Shown here in pieces: positions 60,801-64,000 of a stretch of 64,000 nt of DNA. This DNA comes from Cyanophora paradoxa CCMP329. Its lineage: Eukaryota; Plantae; Glaucophyta. Position numbers and translations under genes: made by a program. Numbering within the stretch: position 1 is the stretch's first letter; every line of letters starts with the position of its first letter. The stretch spans positions 1 through 64,000 of the forward strand of contig QPMI01000288.1 in assembly GCA_004431415.1 (NCBI GenBank), given 5' to 3'. The notes under the pieces are model-generated. The model worked only from the letters and a program-made list of their open reading frames with translations. It was not told where the DNA came from and searched no databases.

Positions 60801-61791
60801 GGGCGCAGCTGATCGTGCAGGCCGGCATCCCCTCGGCCGTCGTGCGCGCCCTCCTCGCCCCCCCAGACCCCGCCTTTCTTCGCCCGTGATCGCGCCCCCG
60901 CAGGAGGAGTACATCCACCGCATCGGGCGCACGGCCCGCGCCGGCAACACGGGCCGCGCCGTGCGCCCGCGCGCCCCGCCCGGGCCCCCTCGGGGCAGCG
61001 CGCCGGGCGGCCGACGACGCCCTCGTGCGGCAGATCCTCGTCATCCGCGAGTTCGAGCGGCCCTTCCTCTCGAACCTCCAGGTGCGCGCGCCCCGCGCCG
61101 GCGCCGGGGCTGGCGCTGAGGGGGCGGCAGCGGACGAACATCACGCTGGAGAACATTCCGGCGCCCTACGACGAGGCCTCCGCCCTCGCAACCCGCACTC
61201 AGGCCCGCCCTGCCCCGCCCCGCCCCGCCCCCCTGCCCCGAGCTCGCCTGTGCCGCCCCCTGACGCCGCCGACCCGCGCTGCCTGCAGATCCAGCAGCTC
61301 ATCCGCTCGGACCGACAGCTCGCGGACCGCGCCCACAACGCCTACCGCACCTTCCTCGGGTCCGCCCCTCGCGGGGGCCCAGCGCTAGCGAGTTTGCCTG
61401 CCGGGGGGAATCCACGGAGGCGCCTCGGACAAGGCAAGTGCTTTCTCCGGGGGGGGGCGGCTGAAGCGGGGGGGCGGGCAGGTACTACGTGAGCGCGTGC
61501 AAGCAGTGCCGCCTCGGGAAGCCCGACATGGTGCGGGCGACCCCCGCCCCGCCCCGCCCCGCCCCCGCCGGCGCCTCACGGAGGGCGGCGCGGCGGCGCA
61601 GCTCCCGCGCGCCTTCGACTTCGCCTACTCCATCGGCATCGGTGCGCCGCCCGCCGGCCCCCGCGCCCCGTCCCGCCTCGAGCGCTCGGCTCGCGGCAGA
61701 CCGGGTGGAGCCGATCGAGGCGCGCACGATCGGCAAGATGGGCCTCACCAAGGAGATGTTCGTCACCGCCGAGCGCCAGTACTACGGCTAG
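57899..61791 (+). CDS. DEAD-box RNA helicase (Mss116/DDX18-like) with N-terminal matrin/U1-type C2H2 zinc finger
   Basis: [24 protein letters not shown]; [63 protein letters not shown]. Confidence 0.93.
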
Positions 61792-61967
61792 GCCCCGCCC
61801 CCCTCGCCCGCCCCTCCCCCACCCTCGTTGCGCGTGGGCCCTCTTCGATCGGAGCTAGAGTTGGCGTGCTCGGCCGAGGGATCCGGAGTCGGCAAAGGGG
61901 CGTTGCGCGCGCATTCCCTTGCGTTGAGCGCGGGTAGATAGGCGACCACACCAGTACCATCGATGTC

Positions 61968-64000
61968 TCACGTGCACGGGGCCTCCTCGGGCTCGGGCTT
62001 CGCATGCACCCCTTCAGGGGCCTTCCGGGATCCTCCCAGCCGCTGCGCTTTCGCTGCCGGCACAACGCCTCTTGCCAGCTCTACGACACCCCTACAGACC
62101 CACGTACAGGAAGCCTGCTGTGGGCAGCCTTGCCGAAGTTGCAGAAAGAATCCAGCTAGGGGGCGGGGGAGCACGGGAGCCTCGGGGCCTGGTAGGGAGG
62201 GCGGGACCTCCCTGGGCGGCTGCCTCTCAGACCTGGAGACCGCTACGCCCCGCCGCCGGCGCCGCCGGCGCCGGGGTCCGCGTCGGGGTCGGCCAGGGCC
62301 AGCTCCTGCCCCTCCCGGTTCAGGCGCCTGCCGCCCGGGGGCCGGGGCACCCACCCGGGCCTCTCGGTACGCCTCGTAGGCCTTCCGGATCTGCGGCCCG
62401 GGGGGTCTGGACCGGGCGATTCGGATCGGGGAGAGGGTACAGGCGAGGCACCTCGGAGGAGGCGAGGAGGAGCTCGGCGTCGCAGCGGACGGCGCAGGCG
62501 CGGCGGATGCGCGGGGAGCCGAGCGCAGCGGCGAGGAGGCGCCGCGCCACGGCCGGCTCCGCCCGCGCGATCGCCACCTCCGCCCCCGCCCCGGGCCCCA
62601 GCTCCTCCAGCGCCCCCGCCAGCGCCTCTGCCGCCAGGGTGGGCACACGCGCAGGGCCTGCGTGCAGCACGGGCGGCGGGGTACCGGCTTCCTCGGGGGG
62701 GCCGTCGAGGACAACCCGTAAGTGCAGGCGGCGCAGCGTCGGCGCGTGGGCGCCCCCTGGCGCCCCGGCCCGCGTTCGGTCGGGCGCAGACGGATTCGGA
62801 AGGGACATGCGGTGCCGAACCGACGATCCAGCGGAGCAGGGGGGGTGAAGCGCGGTACGCGTCGTGCAGCTTGAGGCTGCGGGGGGCTCCTCGCCTCGCG
62901 GGGAATGGAGGGGGCGCCGTGGTGCGCACACTTCGACGCCGGCGAAGGCGCCCGGGGGCCACTCGTGCGGGAGGGTGCAGAAGAGGCATTCGAGCTGCGA
63001 GGCAGTCCCTCGGCCGGAGGAGGCGGCAGGGTGGAAGGGACGGAGCGGGCCTGCGGCACGGCGTCCGCGTCGGGGCGGAGGAGGGCTGCGGCGGCCTCCG
63101 CGGCGCCCCGCGACGTCAGGTCGACCCCGACGAGGCTGAGGCTGCGCGGGGGGCGGGGTAGAGGGTCGCTCAGCCGCGAAGGGGGGCCGGGGGGGCGGGT
63201 GCGCGCGCGCGCCTCCCGCACGTGACGCCCCTCGCCGCCAGCTCCAGCAGCATCACCTGTGCGCCCGGGGCCCCGTCGGGGGGCAGACGCGCGCCCCCGC
63301 GCCCCACGGGCCTGGGCCTGGTGGTCGGCGTCCTCGGGATCGATGACGGCGGAGCCGATCTGGAGCTCCCGCGCCCGCCGCAGGCTCGGGAGGCACGCGG
63401 GGGACAGCAGCTCCCGCACCTCGTCCACCTGTGCCCCCCAGACCCCTTCTGAGCGGCCAGGGGCTCGCATCCCGCAGCGAGATTTGTGCGAGCCTTGAAG
63501 AGTTTGAGGCGAGCGCCGACATACTCGAGCGAGGGGTGCGGGGCGGCCTGCGGGGGACAGGTTGACGCGGCGCGGCGGCGCAAGGGACGGCGGGGCATGG
63601 GGCGGGCGCCTGCCAGGGGAAGGAGGCGGGGGCGCGGGGCTCGTCGACGAGGGCGACCTCGCGGAGGGCGGGCGCGCAGGAGGCGAGCGGGAGGCGCGAG
63701 AGGACCGCGCTCCAGAGGCGCTTCAGGCCCGGGAAGGGCGGGCCCGCCGGCTCCAGCTCGAGCCGGCGCAGCGCCGGCGGGAGCGCCCCCGGCTCGCCCA
63801 GCTGCCGCAGGTGGTGCGCGTCCACGTCGGCCGGCTCCATCGCGAAGCAGAGCCGCAGCCGCAGCGCCTGCAGGCCCCGGAAGCGCTCCGCCGCCAGCGC
63901 CGCCGCCGCCTCGTCCACCGCAAGCAGCTGCGGCGGACGCGCACGAGATAAGGAATTCAAACGTGCTTCAGAGACGGAAGGCGGCTCGCCCTTGCGCAGG
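61968..64000 (-). CDS. Hypothetical leucine-rich (RNI/F-box-LRR-like) protein, 5' end outside the window
   Basis: LxxLxL-type segments: FRGLQALRLRL, ALRRLELE, ALREVALV, SLRRARELQI, SLSLVGVD, TLRRLHLRV; intron-like interruptions. Confidence 0.5.

Overview
Very GC-rich, intron-dense eukaryotic nuclear DNA. The six-frame ORFs are mostly misleading, so I rebuilt gene models by hand from splice sites; coordinates of low-complexity genes are approximate. About 20 protein genes, in order: NEK kinase (cut by left edge), ENY2/Sus1, a coiled-coil protein, a Pro/Gln-tailed membrane protein, a 4x DUF4379 zinc-ribbon protein, an SLF2/FAM178-like protein, MSH2, a membrane hybrid histidine kinase, a class I sirtuin, a USP53/54-like pseudo-deubiquitinase, a cyanobacterial-type MinE, PTH2, a KAT II/Aro8-like aminotransferase lacking its PLP lysine, TatD, PrxQ/BCP, inositol monophosphatase, an uncharacterised RYLWTDA-family protein, a DUF4062-NTPase-TPR (NPHP3-like) protein, a zinc-finger Mss116-like DEAD-box helicase and an LRR-like protein (cut by right edge). 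Sixteen of the 20 genes form eight divergent pairs. Introns are mostly about 50-90 nt; roughly a quarter or more use GC donors in the two genes counted, and 5-10 nt microexons occur. A non-autonomous Helitron2/Helentron-like element lies at about 18770-20579, and a hairpin minisatellite sits in an intron at 6123-6431. The MinE with a Phe-containing transit-peptide-like N-terminus suggests a primary-plastid alga such as a glaucophyte (inference only). Several single-base frameshifts at homopolymers look like assembly errors. No rRNA, tRNA or CRISPR array was recognised.
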